Below are positions 1 to 11,500 of a stretch of 64,000 bases of DNA, one piece after another. The notes beneath the pieces were generated by a model. It was not told where the DNA came from and did not search any database. It saw only the letters and a list, made by a program, of their open reading frames with translations. The stretch is from Macrostomum hystrix (Eukaryota; Animalia; Platyhelminthes): positions 4,481,347-4,545,346 of the forward strand of contig CATNEN010000037.1 of the NCBI GenBank assembly GCA_950097015.1. The letters are read 5' to 3'. Position numbers and translations under genes: made by a program. The number at the start of each line of letters is the position of its first letter. The stretch's first letter is position 1.

Positions 1-1609
1 CCGCCGTAGCGTGTGAAGTTACGACTAGGTCGCGCTGTAGGCCGCGAGTGTCCTTTGCCAGGTGATAATTGCAGGCGCCAGCATTGCCGATGCATTTCCG
101 GTGGCAGCGCTTGTTACACTGGACGCAGCGGCGCGGATGATTGAGCATCCGCTCGAAGCAGACGCTGCACTTGGTGCCGAACAGCTTGTAGGCGTCCCAC
201 TTGTGACCATAGGAGCCGCCAGCCGAGTCAACCACCTGCTGCTCCGGCAGCTCAGATGTTGATTTTCGCTGCTTGTGGCCGCTGCGGCTAACATAATTCT
301 GCATGTTAGATTCAACCGAGGAGCTCCGCGGAATCAGCGGCGGATGGTTGGTATTCATGATGTTGTAGAGCAGGCGCGGACTAGCCGGCGGCGGCGTTCC
401 GCTCAGCGACCGGTTCGGCTGGTTGGCCGGACCCGGCGTGGCCGGCAGGGAACCGCTGTTGACGGAGGCGGCCGTCGAGATGCCGCCCTCCGGACTTCGC
501 CGCATCGGAGAGTCCACCGAGTTGACGCCGGCCAGATCGGAGGAGCCGGGACCGCCGAGTGTCGACGAAGCGGCGGTGGACCCGTCGACATCGGCTAAGC
601 CGCCGAGGCCGGCTCCGCCAATGTCAGAATCGTCCGTTGTCCCGCCAACCTCGCCTTGCGGCGGCGTCGTCGGACTGGCGGACCTCGGACTGGCCACTGA
701 CGGATAGGCGACCTCAACCAGCGAGTTGGGCGCCTCTAGAAACTGCTGATAGTACTGCTGCACCAGCTGGTAGCAGCGCACGCAGCGCTCCACGGTGCTG
801 TCTGGTGTCTGCAACTCGGCCAGCAATTCCAGCAGGCGCGGCTTGTCCAACCGGACCAGCTCGAGTAGGGTCCAGTTGCGAACCACCTGGGTGGCAATAA
901 TTCAAGCGGAGTAGACTAAATGAGAGTGTACATGTGAGAGTGTGACTGACGATGAAGGCGAAGTCAAAGTCAGTGCCCATTCCGCTGACGCCTGAGCACA
1001 CATGTACACTGATACCACCGTGCATTGGCACACACTCTAACAGGTGTGTACATCTGCGCTGAATTTTTCATTGTCATGTATTGTGCACTCCCTTAAGGGA
1101 CTTTGTGTCTAGAGGTAAAACAGCTTTAACCGCTCTGCCACTCACTCTCTAAACGAAAAGGATACAAGTACCGTAGAAAGATACAGGTAACCCAAATTAC
1201 AAATAAAATGAAATACACATTTATTTTCCGAGGAAGCCTAGAAGTCCATAGTCTCAATAAATCCGAATAGACGGAATTAACTAACCTGCAGCACTGCCCG
1301 TTCCTCGAGCTCTACAACGTGCATCAGCCACTGGTCAGTCTTGGGAATGGCGCAGGCCTGTCGCACCTCGGCAGCTTCCTCGGGTGGCATCCGACTCAGG
1401 GCGCAGAGCTGATCTGCGTAGAAGGCGCACAGTTTAGCCTCGGCCTGCTGGCATTCAACTGGCGGAGCTCGGTGCTGGCCGAGCTGGGAGCACAGCCGGC
1501 GAAGGGGTATCAGTTCCTTGTCCACAGTCAGGTTGATGAGGTTCTGCACGTGCCGACAGTGGGTGGCCAACGGCCTGGATTCCACCGCGGCAGAGTTCAA
1601 AGCTGACAT
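1..1609 (-). CDS. ksr: KSR-like (kinase suppressor of Ras) scaffold, 5' part. Exons 1609-1286 and 886-<1; continues off the window
   Basis: Exon 1 (MSALNS...VQNLINLTVDKELIPLRRLC...QAEAKLCAFYADQL...TDQWL) resembles the KSR CC-SAM (CA1) region. Phase-0 junction CAG|GTTAGT (1286) to CCAG|GTGGTT (886). Frame 886-1 has no stop (hence absent from the ORF track) and encodes a Ser/Pro-rich linker and a C1 zinc finger, HKWDAYKLFGTKCSVC...CVQCNKRCHRKCIGNAGAC (205-71). The kinase domain is not in the window. Confidence 0.75.
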
Positions 1610-4600
1610 GCCTTGAGCAGGCCGGTAATTGGCTACTGTCTTGCAATAATCAGTTTATACTAAAACTTGGCAATGAGGATCGCCTGCTGAGTCTAAAATA
1701 ATGCACTACTAGACAGCGAAACGGCACCAGTGGCCGCCTCGCTTTGCTTCTCCCAGCTGGGACAATGCAGACTCTGCAAATCGGTACAGTTCACAAATTA
1801 TAGGTTGATGACGGGAGTACAAGTAGGTACATAGAGCAGAGACTATAAGTTTTTGTAATCTAGTAAGTCATATTTGCCATGTGCCAAGGAGACTAATTGT
1901 CATTGGCAATTGTCATTGGCATTCTCTTCGAATTTGTACTATACTATAGAATCCAGAATATGTAAGCCAACATATCCATCATTTAAGGAATACAACTTCT
2001 ATGAGCTCTGTAAAAATAACAATTCCACAATGTGTTGAGTATAATATATAGTCTTATTTAAAGCTTAAGTGCATGTATAAAATCACAATGCACTTTAGCC
2101 ATCAAAGCAAATCCTTATCAGACTCCAAAGTAAGGAGCCAACTAACTTAGTTAGACCTAAGAATCACTTCAACAAAAACAAGTATCCCAATATATGTTCC
2201 TATTATAGACTGTCATATGGAATAGGCCTAAAATACTAAAAAAAGCTGAAAACCATGATGTCTCAATGCTAATGAAAACAGGATCTTTATATATATAACT
2301 GCTTGATATTGTTTTTGAAATTCACAAAATAGAAATGTATCTAAATTTTAATATCTTGTAGTATTGATATTGGCATAAATAGCAACTAGTTAAAATAAAC
2401 CTGTTCAATTTTTCATCAAACGTAATCTTGACTATTATTACAGAAACTTGACTATTGTGTTATGAAAATATATTGATATAGAACAAGAATTGTTTTGCTT
2501 GATAAATATGCTAAATAGTATAGCTTAGCTAACATATATTTTTAGAAGAAAAAAATAGAATTCAAATTGCTGACAATAACTTAAAAATAATAAAGGCCCC
2601 AAATTGATTTATCTTTTGTAACTACAACTATATCAACCCATTTTTCATCTTAGAAATCAAACTAGACCTAGAAAGAAATTCAGCATTTTTATATTGTATA
2701 AGGTACCTTATTATATATAAAAATTTAGGCCGATACCTTATTTAATGTTGTAATAAATCACATTTATTTTATGGCACATAGCATGACACTATATAACATA
2801 TCAATAGGCTAGATATATCTCATGATCATGTATTTTGACATTCAAAAAAACATTTTCAGAAAACTTAAGTGACTAGGCAAGGTATCAAAGTCCAATAGAG
2901 TCCGAGTCAAAAAGGTTGGTCTATCACACTGAAATTGAACTACTTAATAGAGCCAATTACCAAACTTGTGGCAGTCAAGAAAAAGATATTCTTGACACAA
3001 ACTCTTGAAGAAAAGTTTCAAATAAAGTAAAGAACAGAAACATTGCCAACATGTCACTGAATTCCAAATATATAAATAATTGCTAGTCAAAGTCTCAGAC
3101 TAACTTAAAGGGCTTTATTTTTTTATTATAATACCCTTTGCTAATTCTGTGTTGACTTATTGACTATTTAGCAGAATATTGAGGTTTAGTAACTTTAGAA
3201 AAACTTTAGCAAAATCATTTCAATTAGATAACATTATTAATAATTGTTTAATGCTTTGCATATAAGCCATAGTATTTAAGGAAAGTAGCTGAAATTAATT
3301 AGTTAACAATAATTTGTACAATAAAAAAACTTTTTATTAAGTTTCTGACTGAATGAATAAACTACAAGACTAACTCGTACATTCTTTTAAATAAAGTCAC
3401 ATTTTAAATTGTTTTTTACACAACTTAGGGGTTAAATTAAGATTTTCTTTAGTCACAAATTTATTTTCGTGAAATGATAAAGTACTAGCAGTTTAAAGTA
3501 CTTTCAATGCTTCATAGATGATAGCTATTTGGTATAGATGAACACGTCAAAATAATAGACAAAACAGACAATAGACAAAATAGACAAAGTTTCGATTTCC
3601 ATGCTTCTTTTTAGTACTAAAATGGTATGTTTATGAAAAAAATCATTTCTGATTCAGTAATCAGTAATGTCAAAAAAATCGCAGAAATTTGCAATCGCAC
3701 AGGTGCCTAGATTTTTAGAGTAGCTTTGCAGAAAACCTGGATAAGTTTCGAAGAATATATATTTTTGTTCCGGTTTTGAAAGTAAACTTACGCATTATAA
3801 CAAAAACGTACAATAATTACGATAACTAGACATAAGTAGGCGAATGCGTGACTAAACTCAAGCGCATTCCTAAAAATACTACTGCTGGCAAAGACACATC
3901 AAGTACAATAGTTTTCGCAAAAACTAACTTAATATTTTACATTTTTGATACAATGCCCTTTGATAATTTTAATTGTTAGAGAGCTAAACTATAACTAACA
4001 TTTAGTCGCAGTTTAGTAAAAATTATATTATTAATTTATTCTAATTTTATCAGGGGCATCAATAAAAAACAAATTGCATCAAGACAAAGAACAGTCTTTT
4101 CGGTAATATAATTTAGTAGGCAAATATTAATATTACTATTATATTAATATTATATTACTATTAATATTAATATTAATATTATAAATATTAAAAAAATATT
4201 ATATAAGGATTTCGATATGTATTTGGTTTGGTACCTAGATTTGAATTAAAAAACTAATAGAAGTCAAGATTTACTATTTAAGAAATTAATATTAACATAC
4301 TGTAATGCTTGTCTCTTTGTCTTTCGAAGTATTAAAAGTCGTATTGAACAAAAAATTTTACTTTTCTTGGCGTATCAGTAAATATTCTTTGTTCCGACTG
4401 ATGCACGCCTCAATGGTATTCCTGTAGTCGTGAGTGTCTAGAAACGGAATTTAGAAGTGCACTGGCTTGAGATATGGTAAAATTTTTGCGCATGATCAAA
4501 TTTGAGTCAAAATGTGTTTGTGATACGAGCAGTATACGAGCGAGGGGTGGGTATGGATAATCAGTCGTTGGTTGAATCCGGAAGGGCACTGCTTGAAGAT

Positions 4601-4647
4601 GTTTGCATGGCAACGCGCCTATTGTTTCTCAGACATATTATTAGTGA

Positions 4648-6243
4648 TCAAAAGCTGCGGAAAGCATTCAGCAATCCGCCAGCAGCAGCAGTAAGCAGCA
4701 TCAAAGAGACGCCGCCAATGGCATCGATAGACCTAGCCGAGTTGCAGCGATCGCCAGCACAGACACACTCAATGCTAGCCGTGACGGCTGAGTCGGTGCG
4801 TGAGCATCCCGTCCATTGCGGTGATTCGACGCAGTACTTGTACTCCAAGTTGCGCACTGTGCCTGCAAGAAATTGGATAGAAAATTGGATAGACAGGTTG
4901 ATACTCGTAGAAATGACACCTATAATATAGTTATTCCAATTGCGCCAGTTTTATATCCAGTGCCACAGCCACAGCTATTGCTATGATTTAGTGAAAGGCA
5001 GCGATTAATCTCTATCCAGTCTATGGACTGGTGGACCGCCACACCCACCTACATTTCTACCCCAGCTAATGCGGGTACCCATTTTAATTTACAACCGGGT
5101 TAACTGAAGCAACAAGAAATAAAGGCATTTCTCAAGGTCAAGGACACAAAATGTTTCCCATTGGGCTGAGATTCGAAGTTCGGACCTCTCCGTCAAAAGT
5201 CCGAGGCTCCCGACCACAAGGCTGCAAGCTCCCTTGCGATATACAGATACGAGCCATAGGAGGGAATTATTGCCTCTATCGATTTTCCACGTTTCATGGG
5301 ATTCTCATTTACAAACAAAATCTAAATCATGATATCACAATAATACAAAAGAACCTGCCTCGTAGGCCTACGTAAGTTAGTTTTTGCGGCGGCTTGGGGT
5401 TCCACACTCGTAGCTTTCCGCAGGCGGTACTGAAAATTATTTCGATTCACCTTATAGTAATGAATGGAGCTTACTAAAGAGGAAAACCAGCCTTGTCTAT
5501 TTTCTGTATATGGCTAAAAGACTGGCTGTTCACCTTTGGGGATCTGGGGGGATTGATATATAGTTAATCTTTGGGGATCTGGGAGGATTGATATATAGTT
5601 AATGTTTGGGGATCTGGAAGGATTGGTAGTTATTCTTTGGGGATCTGTTAGGATTGGTAGTTAATCTTTGTGGATCTGACAGGATTGTTAGTTAATCATT
5701 GAGGATCTGACAGGATTGTTAGTTAATCTTTTAGGATCTGACAGGATTGTTAGTTAATCATTGAGCATCTGACAGGATTGTTAGTTAATCTTTTAGGATC
5801 TGACAGGATTGTTAGTTAATCATTGAGGATCTGACAGGATTGTTAGTTAATCTTTTGAGGATCTGGCAGGATTGTTAGTTAATCTTTAGGAACTGAGAGG
5901 ATTAGCTATTTACCTTTAAGAATTTATAGTAGTATATTATGATTATAAGACTACACCAAGGCATGGACACGGGTCACCTCACCAGTTTCTCTCCGCGTAG
6001 GTGACCTTAGCGGTCAGGTTGTTGCTGGGAGCACAGTTAGACAGCTGGTTGCCGGGACACACGTAGCAGACAACTGCCATTGTCGAATGCGGCAGCGGAA
6101 GCAGGCCTGTAGAATATTTTATTGCGAATTCACAAACCTAATCAGTTTATTTACCAATAACTAATACAAAAAGTCAACTTAATCTTACAGCACGCGAAAA
6201 CGATGCAGGTCAGTAGATCAGGAAGAGAACACCCGCAAGCCAT
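4648..6243 (-). CDS. Ly6/uPAR (three-finger, quiver/sleepless-like) GPI-anchored protein, about 154 aa. Exons 6243-6189, 6106-5983, 5429-5359 (GC donor; alternative end 5347), 4862-4648
   Basis: Spliced product has a signal peptide (MACGCSLPDLLTCIVFACCLLPLPHSTMA), CYVC start, 10 Cys in the mature domain, a CVCAGDRCN end and a hydrophobic GPI-type tail (GGVSLMLLTAAAGGLLNAF). Splice phases are consistent (1,2,1). Confidence 0.8.
5010..5240 (-). mobile_element. tRNA-derived SINE family B copy, in Ly6 intron 3
   Basis: Minus strand shows an A/B-box-like head (TGGTCGGGAGCCTCGG...CTTCGAATC) and a GTGTCCTTGA core. The 3' part (CAGTCTATGGACTGGTGGACCGCCACACCCACC) matches the reverse complement of 55845-55880 and resembles 25780-25810. 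Confidence 0.55.
5535..5905. repeat. 31-bp minisatellite in Ly6 intron 2
   Basis: About 12 copies of GGATCTGACAGGATTGTTAGTTAATCWTTKA. Confidence 0.9.
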
Positions 6244-7165
6244 TTTCGGTAGAAACTAAAAGTCATTCTTTGTCTTTTTTGCTACAAATTATTTTTTTTA
6301 AATGAGAAAAAATGTTCTCTGCAAAGTACACGAGACACGAGTGAACCTTTAACAGGTCTCACCAATTAAGCAGCTTATACAGCTCAGTAAGTTGATGCGC
6401 CACGCAGTGAATCCTGTAAAGGTAAGCTTTTCTACTTCGTAAGTGAGGATGCGGAAGCCAGCAGCGCCTAACGACAGGAAAATCTACAGAGCGGGGTTAG
6501 ACTCACTTCAGCGCCTTTATACAAGTCAAGCATTTTCATTTTCTTCTCCAGGACACTGCACTCACACACGCATTGAGCGTGTACCTGTAAGTAGGAAAGA
6601 GGACGCGCAGCGAGAGGACCAATCCTGCAGTAGGCCACGTTGAAGAGCTCAATTTTAGGCATCACTATATTCTCTTCAACTTTCGTTGCTAGCTCTTTCC
6701 TCTCATTTAATATGCAGTTTTCTACCCTGCAGTATCCAATGGAGTTTAGTCAAAGTTCACTTCACATCTCCTCACTAAATCCCCAAGCCGATCTATCTAG
6801 TTTCATCCCATCTCTCTAACATTAGAGAGAAGCTTTCACAACCTGTCCATCTTTCTTGCCTCTTGGAAGTTTGAACCGAGTGAGTTGTCATTTAATATTA
6901 TTGTGAAGACAAATTAATACCTCGCAAAAATGTGTGATCGTGTATACATAGAAACGATTTATTAGCAATTTTAATTATTATAAATAGTTAAGCCACGACA
7001 ATAGAACAATCTACAATGTTGTGCTTTTTACAAAAAAAATAAACTTAGAACTGCTGCTAGGCATTGCTGATGAGAGAAGAAAAGTACAGAATGAGTGCAA
7101 AACCAAACACTAACAAAAATCGCACTTAGAACTAAGTCAAAAGAGTTATACTCGTAATTGTCGAC

Positions 7166-8578
7166 TCACACAGACAGTAGACCGCTCTCATCAGCTCCGG
7201 CGATACCATAGACATTGGAGCTGCGGTGCAGCATCTTGCCAGCGATGTCATCGTTGGCCGGCAGCGGCAGAGGCATCTTCTCAACGGCGGCGCAGTCAGC
7301 GGCGGCAACTTTGTCCGTGGTTGCCGAGCATACATTCGAGCCGTAGCAGCTGCTGAGATCGCAGCCGCGGAGCTTGCCGCGCCAACGCTGGTAGAGCTGG
7401 CGGACAACCTCGGTTGTGATGACCTTGTCGGAGCCTTGGCTGAGCATCAGCACCAGGAATACGCCATCGTGTCGTAGGAACTTGGAGATGAAAGCCTTAA
7501 CAGTCTGATGGTCGGGCTGCAGGTGCGGATCTGACAGGCGCAGAAAGCGTTTGACGAAGGCCACCCGGTTGCAGCTACTCACTAGACGGAACAGCCACGT
7601 GCCGATGTTGATCAGGGTGACCGAGCCCATTATTAGGAACCAGAAGAACAGGATCACATAGATCTTCTCGTTCAGGATGTTCACTGGCAGGGTGCACTGG
7701 CCGATATAGGCATTGGAGCTGCCCGGATCTATGTGCAGACTGATGTAGCATAAGGTGTGAAGTGGGAACAGGGCTGGCACCTGAACGTTTCTGCCTGCGT
7801 GCAGCACCATCACCCAGCCATAGGTTAGCAGGCCCTGCTGCTGGAAGCCAAGAAATGCTGACATGAACAGCAGCTGGCCAATAGCGTTGGCCAGGCACAG
7901 CAGCTTAACCAGGATGTAGAGCAAGGTCAGCATGGTGCCCATGCGCTTGCTGGGCACCAGAAAGCTGCACCGGTTGTACACAGCCGACTTCAACCTCTGT
8001 AGGCGTCCATGGCGGAATTCGCGGTTGTAAACTAGCATGCGTTCGATGATGTCAGCGATGCGAGAAGCCTGCTCGCGAAAACAGCGGTCAGTGCTAGTCT
8101 GGGCCTCAGCAGCCAAGCGAACTAAGCTGTATATGTCTGATCCGAAACGATGGCTGCAGATCATCTGCCAGATTACTTTAGGCAAGTAGGAGATAGCGCA
8201 TTGTAGAAGCAAAGCAAACGGTACCCATTGATAATAAGTCAGTAGTTTGTCAGACATTGTACTTTCCCAATAGCTCTCTTGCTCGTTGAAGTCCTTGAAG
8301 CCAGTGAGTTTATTCATGCCATTTTTCGAGTATCTATAAGTCCCATGAGCCCAGCAGTAGCTTTCAGAAAAATCTAGAAATCCATTCGGATGGTGCTGCT
8401 GATTTCCAGAGAAAACACAGTGCATCGGCCGTCCAACAAATTCTTTGCCAAAGACGACGAGGCTACACAAGATCAAAAGCATCGGCGTCCAGACGAAATT
8501 CAGGTGGTCAGTGATGTCCTCAGCGCCTGGCTTTGCAGCCTTTCGAAAGCCTTTAATATATTCTACTAAGCTGCTCAT
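7166..8578 (-). CDS. inx: Innexin (gap-junction protein), intronless CDS, 470 aa from ATG 8578
   Basis: Four hydrophobic segments, signature YYQWVP, conserved extracellular Cys pairs (MHC..YCW; LCY..QCTLPVNILNEKIY). True ATG is at 8578-8576; the ORF track extends to a GTG at 8590. Confidence 0.95.
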   Translation of the reverse strand: MSSLVEYIKGFRKAAKPGAEDITDHLNFVWTPMLLILCSLVVFGKEFVGRPMHCVFSGNQQHHPNGFLDFSESYCWAHGTYRYSKNGMNKLTGFKDFNEQESYWESTMSDKLLTYYQWVPFALLLQCAISYLPKVIWQMICSHRFGSDIYSLVRLAAEAQTSTDRCFREQASRIADIIERMLVYNREFRHGRLQRLKSAVYNRCSFLVPSKRMGTMLTLLYILVKLLCLANAIGQLLFMSAFLGFQQQGLLTYGWVMVLHAGRNVQVPALFPLHTLCYISLHIDPGSSNAYIGQCTLPVNILNEKIYVILFFWFLIMGSVTLINIGTWLFRLVSSCNRVAFVKRFLRLSDPHLQPDHQTVKAFISKFLRHDGVFLVLMLSQGSDKVITTEVVRQLYQRWRGKLRGCDLSSCYGSNVCSATTDKVAAADCAAVEKMPLPLPANDDIAGKMLHRSSNVYGIAGADESGLLSV

Positions 8579-8597
8579 TTTCGGTTTCACTCCCTGA

Positions 8598-11500
8598 TAG
8601 GGATGCCAAAAACCGTGCTCTTTTGAGAACCGGTTAACCGGTTTTAAAAACCGTATTTTTCAGGAAACCGGTTTTTAAAAACCGGTTTGTGCGTCAATTT
8701 CGTAAACAAATAACAAATGAACTTGCGGCTTTAAAATGCATGCTAGATACCTCTTTTACATATTTGTCATTTGTTTCCCCCTGCTTTGTTTGACCCTTGA
8801 AGGCTTTGACTTGCTGTTGCTGTTTAATATTATAATTTGCGAAGCATAATACTATTGAATAAATTAATAAGTTATAATAAACACGAGGCACGAATCTGAC
8901 TAATAATGTCAGTGACGTGCTTTATTGTCATTTCATTCTCTTAATTCGTTGGCAACTTGGCAATTGGCATCAGCCAGCATTCTCACATTTCAGACAGTCA
9001 TGTTTTTTTCTTCAAAAATTATTCGGCATTTGGCATTGGAATTGGCGCAAGCAAACAAAAAACAAGATAAAGAAAAAGACCAGACACAGACACAAAGACA
9101 ATTTTGTCGTAAAAAATTGCGCAACAAACCCTGCAGGCTTCAAGCTACAAACTAGTTTCTACTCTACTCGAACTCGAAGTGCATGTGTATAGGAGTTTAG
9201 CTACTTCCATATCTTCTACTCTACTCTATCATTTTTCCACACTATTCCACTCAACTTATCTCATCTGCTGTCATTATCCTGCTCAATCTAAATGTATCTC
9301 TTCTTATTGTCAACTTCTCAAAACTCTTTCACTCTTCAGTCTTTTCTTAGTAATCCAACTCTAATATGGTCATGTGACTCATGTCCTATTCTAGGACAAT
9401 TGACTTTTAACTTAATTTCACTTCCATAAGTCCTTGAAATGTTTGACAATACAGGGAGGGAAATGTGAATGCAATGCAATCATGTGTCCCTTTCACGCTT
9501 TAAAAAGTAATGGCGGAGCATGACGAGCCTTGACAGTGTAGTGTCAGTCAGTCGAGATCGCACTTTCGACAGGAAAGATCCACTTGCAGAAAACGCACGT
9601 TCAGCCTCGACACTTGTAGGTGGAATTAGCTGAAGTCCTTGGTATAGTTGCGTGAGCAAAGTGCCTCGTTGCTGTGCAATACGGAGGAACTCAATCTCGC
9701 GGCCAATTCGACTTTCTAGTGTCATGCTTTGGTTTCGATTTCGAGGCTGCTCATTCTTCTGTTGCAAAAATAACTTCAGCTGGTCTTCTAGGCCTATGCA
9801 GACCTCTTGCTGATTTGCCCGATTGCTGTCGATTGCTTCAGCTGGTCTTGAACACGCAGCTACTGGTGCTGGTAAAGATGATGCTGCCAACTCCTCCGAG
9901 CGTGTTGACAATTCCAGATTCATGTTAAGACCTGCTGCAGCTGCTCCACTTTCACTAGCAGTTTGATCGGCATTGTCCTCAGGCTGTGCACACAGTTCTA
10001 GTTTCTTGGCGAGAGCAATTAAAGTATACTTAACGGCATTGAGCTCAGATTTTGAGTCAGTAGCTCCATATTGGAAGAGAAACTTGGCTGCAGTGACTAT
10101 GGGTCCGCTGCGCTCTTGAATACGCAGCTTAAGTGAGCTGGAAAGATCCTGTGCAGGGTCACTTTCTTGGCTTGACAGCTTCAGTATGGCGAACTCTACT
10201 GCATTGATTGCAGTGACGATTGTGCAATCACGCTGGCATAGTGTCTTCACAATTAGCTCTACAGGTTTGAGGGCCTGGTTGATTTCATTCAAGCGTGCAA
10301 TGTCTTGGCGATCCAATGGGAATTCGAGATCAAGTTGCAAGAGTGCTCGCTGTATGGGCTTCAAAAGCAGCAAGAAGCGATCCACCATACTCAGCAAGGA
10401 ATTCCACCGAGTCCGACAATCAAGGATGAGACTAAGCTCAGATCCATGACTTGCCTTCACAAATGACTGAAGTGTGTCATTGCGCACAGGTTTTCCGCGA
10501 AAACACTTGACAACATCGCGAACTTTGACAATGAGTTCTTGAATAGTAGGATTCAGTTGCATAGCATTGCCATCAGTTCCTTCATCAGACAAGTCCCACA
10601 GCATGGCCACTTCAGCATCATCACATGCATCAGCTTCGACATCAGAAACAGAAACAGTAGATGTAACTGCGGTAGCAACAGGACAATAAAGCACATCAGA
10701 TACAGCCAGATGAATTGCATGTGCAAAACACAGGTGGTGCTCAGCATGAATTAACCTTCCAAACTTCACCATCACTGATGCTCCGTCTGTAGTACAAGCA
10801 ATGATGTCTTTGGTGACATCTACTCCAAACTTGCTGACATGTTCAGTTACAAGCTGCAAACAAGCCTCAGCATTCATTGATCCATGAACTCTTACAAGTC
10901 CAAGATTGTGATGACTTCGATTGGCTAAGTGAATGTTCACATTCATATAACGACGATTGTTTATACCTGTCCACTCATCAAGTGTCAGGGCAAACCTTTC
11001 ACCACATTTGCGTCGCGCACAAAGATCTGTCTTTATTTCAGCCTCAACTGAGTCTGCAAACAACATCACCCGAGCCTTGATTGTCTCCCTTGACTTGGGG
11101 ACATGCACTCCACGTGCTTGGAGACCACTTCGAATATCCTCAGATGTTACAAACAATCGAAATGCAATTCCATCCTTGGCTACCATTCTGGCAAAAATAG
11201 CATTATCATCCACTGGCTTACGAGACAGAAATTCAACTATTTTTGACTGCTTTGCAGGTGTTGGGCCAGCTAGGGCAGCTTGGACAACTGGGCCAGCTGC
11301 AGCTGTGGCAGTGGGGGCAGCTTGGCTATCTTGCAAAGGTTGGCTAATGCTGCTAGTAGCACGAGGCATTCTGCTATTTCCAGACTTAGTATTTGTCCCA
11401 GAAACAGGAAGTTTGATATCATGTAACTTCTTCAGATGCGCATGCATGGCCGAAGTGGATCCTCCCTTAGTCTGGATTGTAGTCTTGCAAATATTGCAAC

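Noticed and set aside
4502-4930. 142-aa + strand ORF
   Set aside because: Antisense shadow of the last Ly6 exon; no recognisable domain.
8579-8590. GTG start for the innexin given by the ORF track
   Set aside because: It overlaps the TSD; the in-frame ATG at 8578 gives a typical innexin N-terminus.
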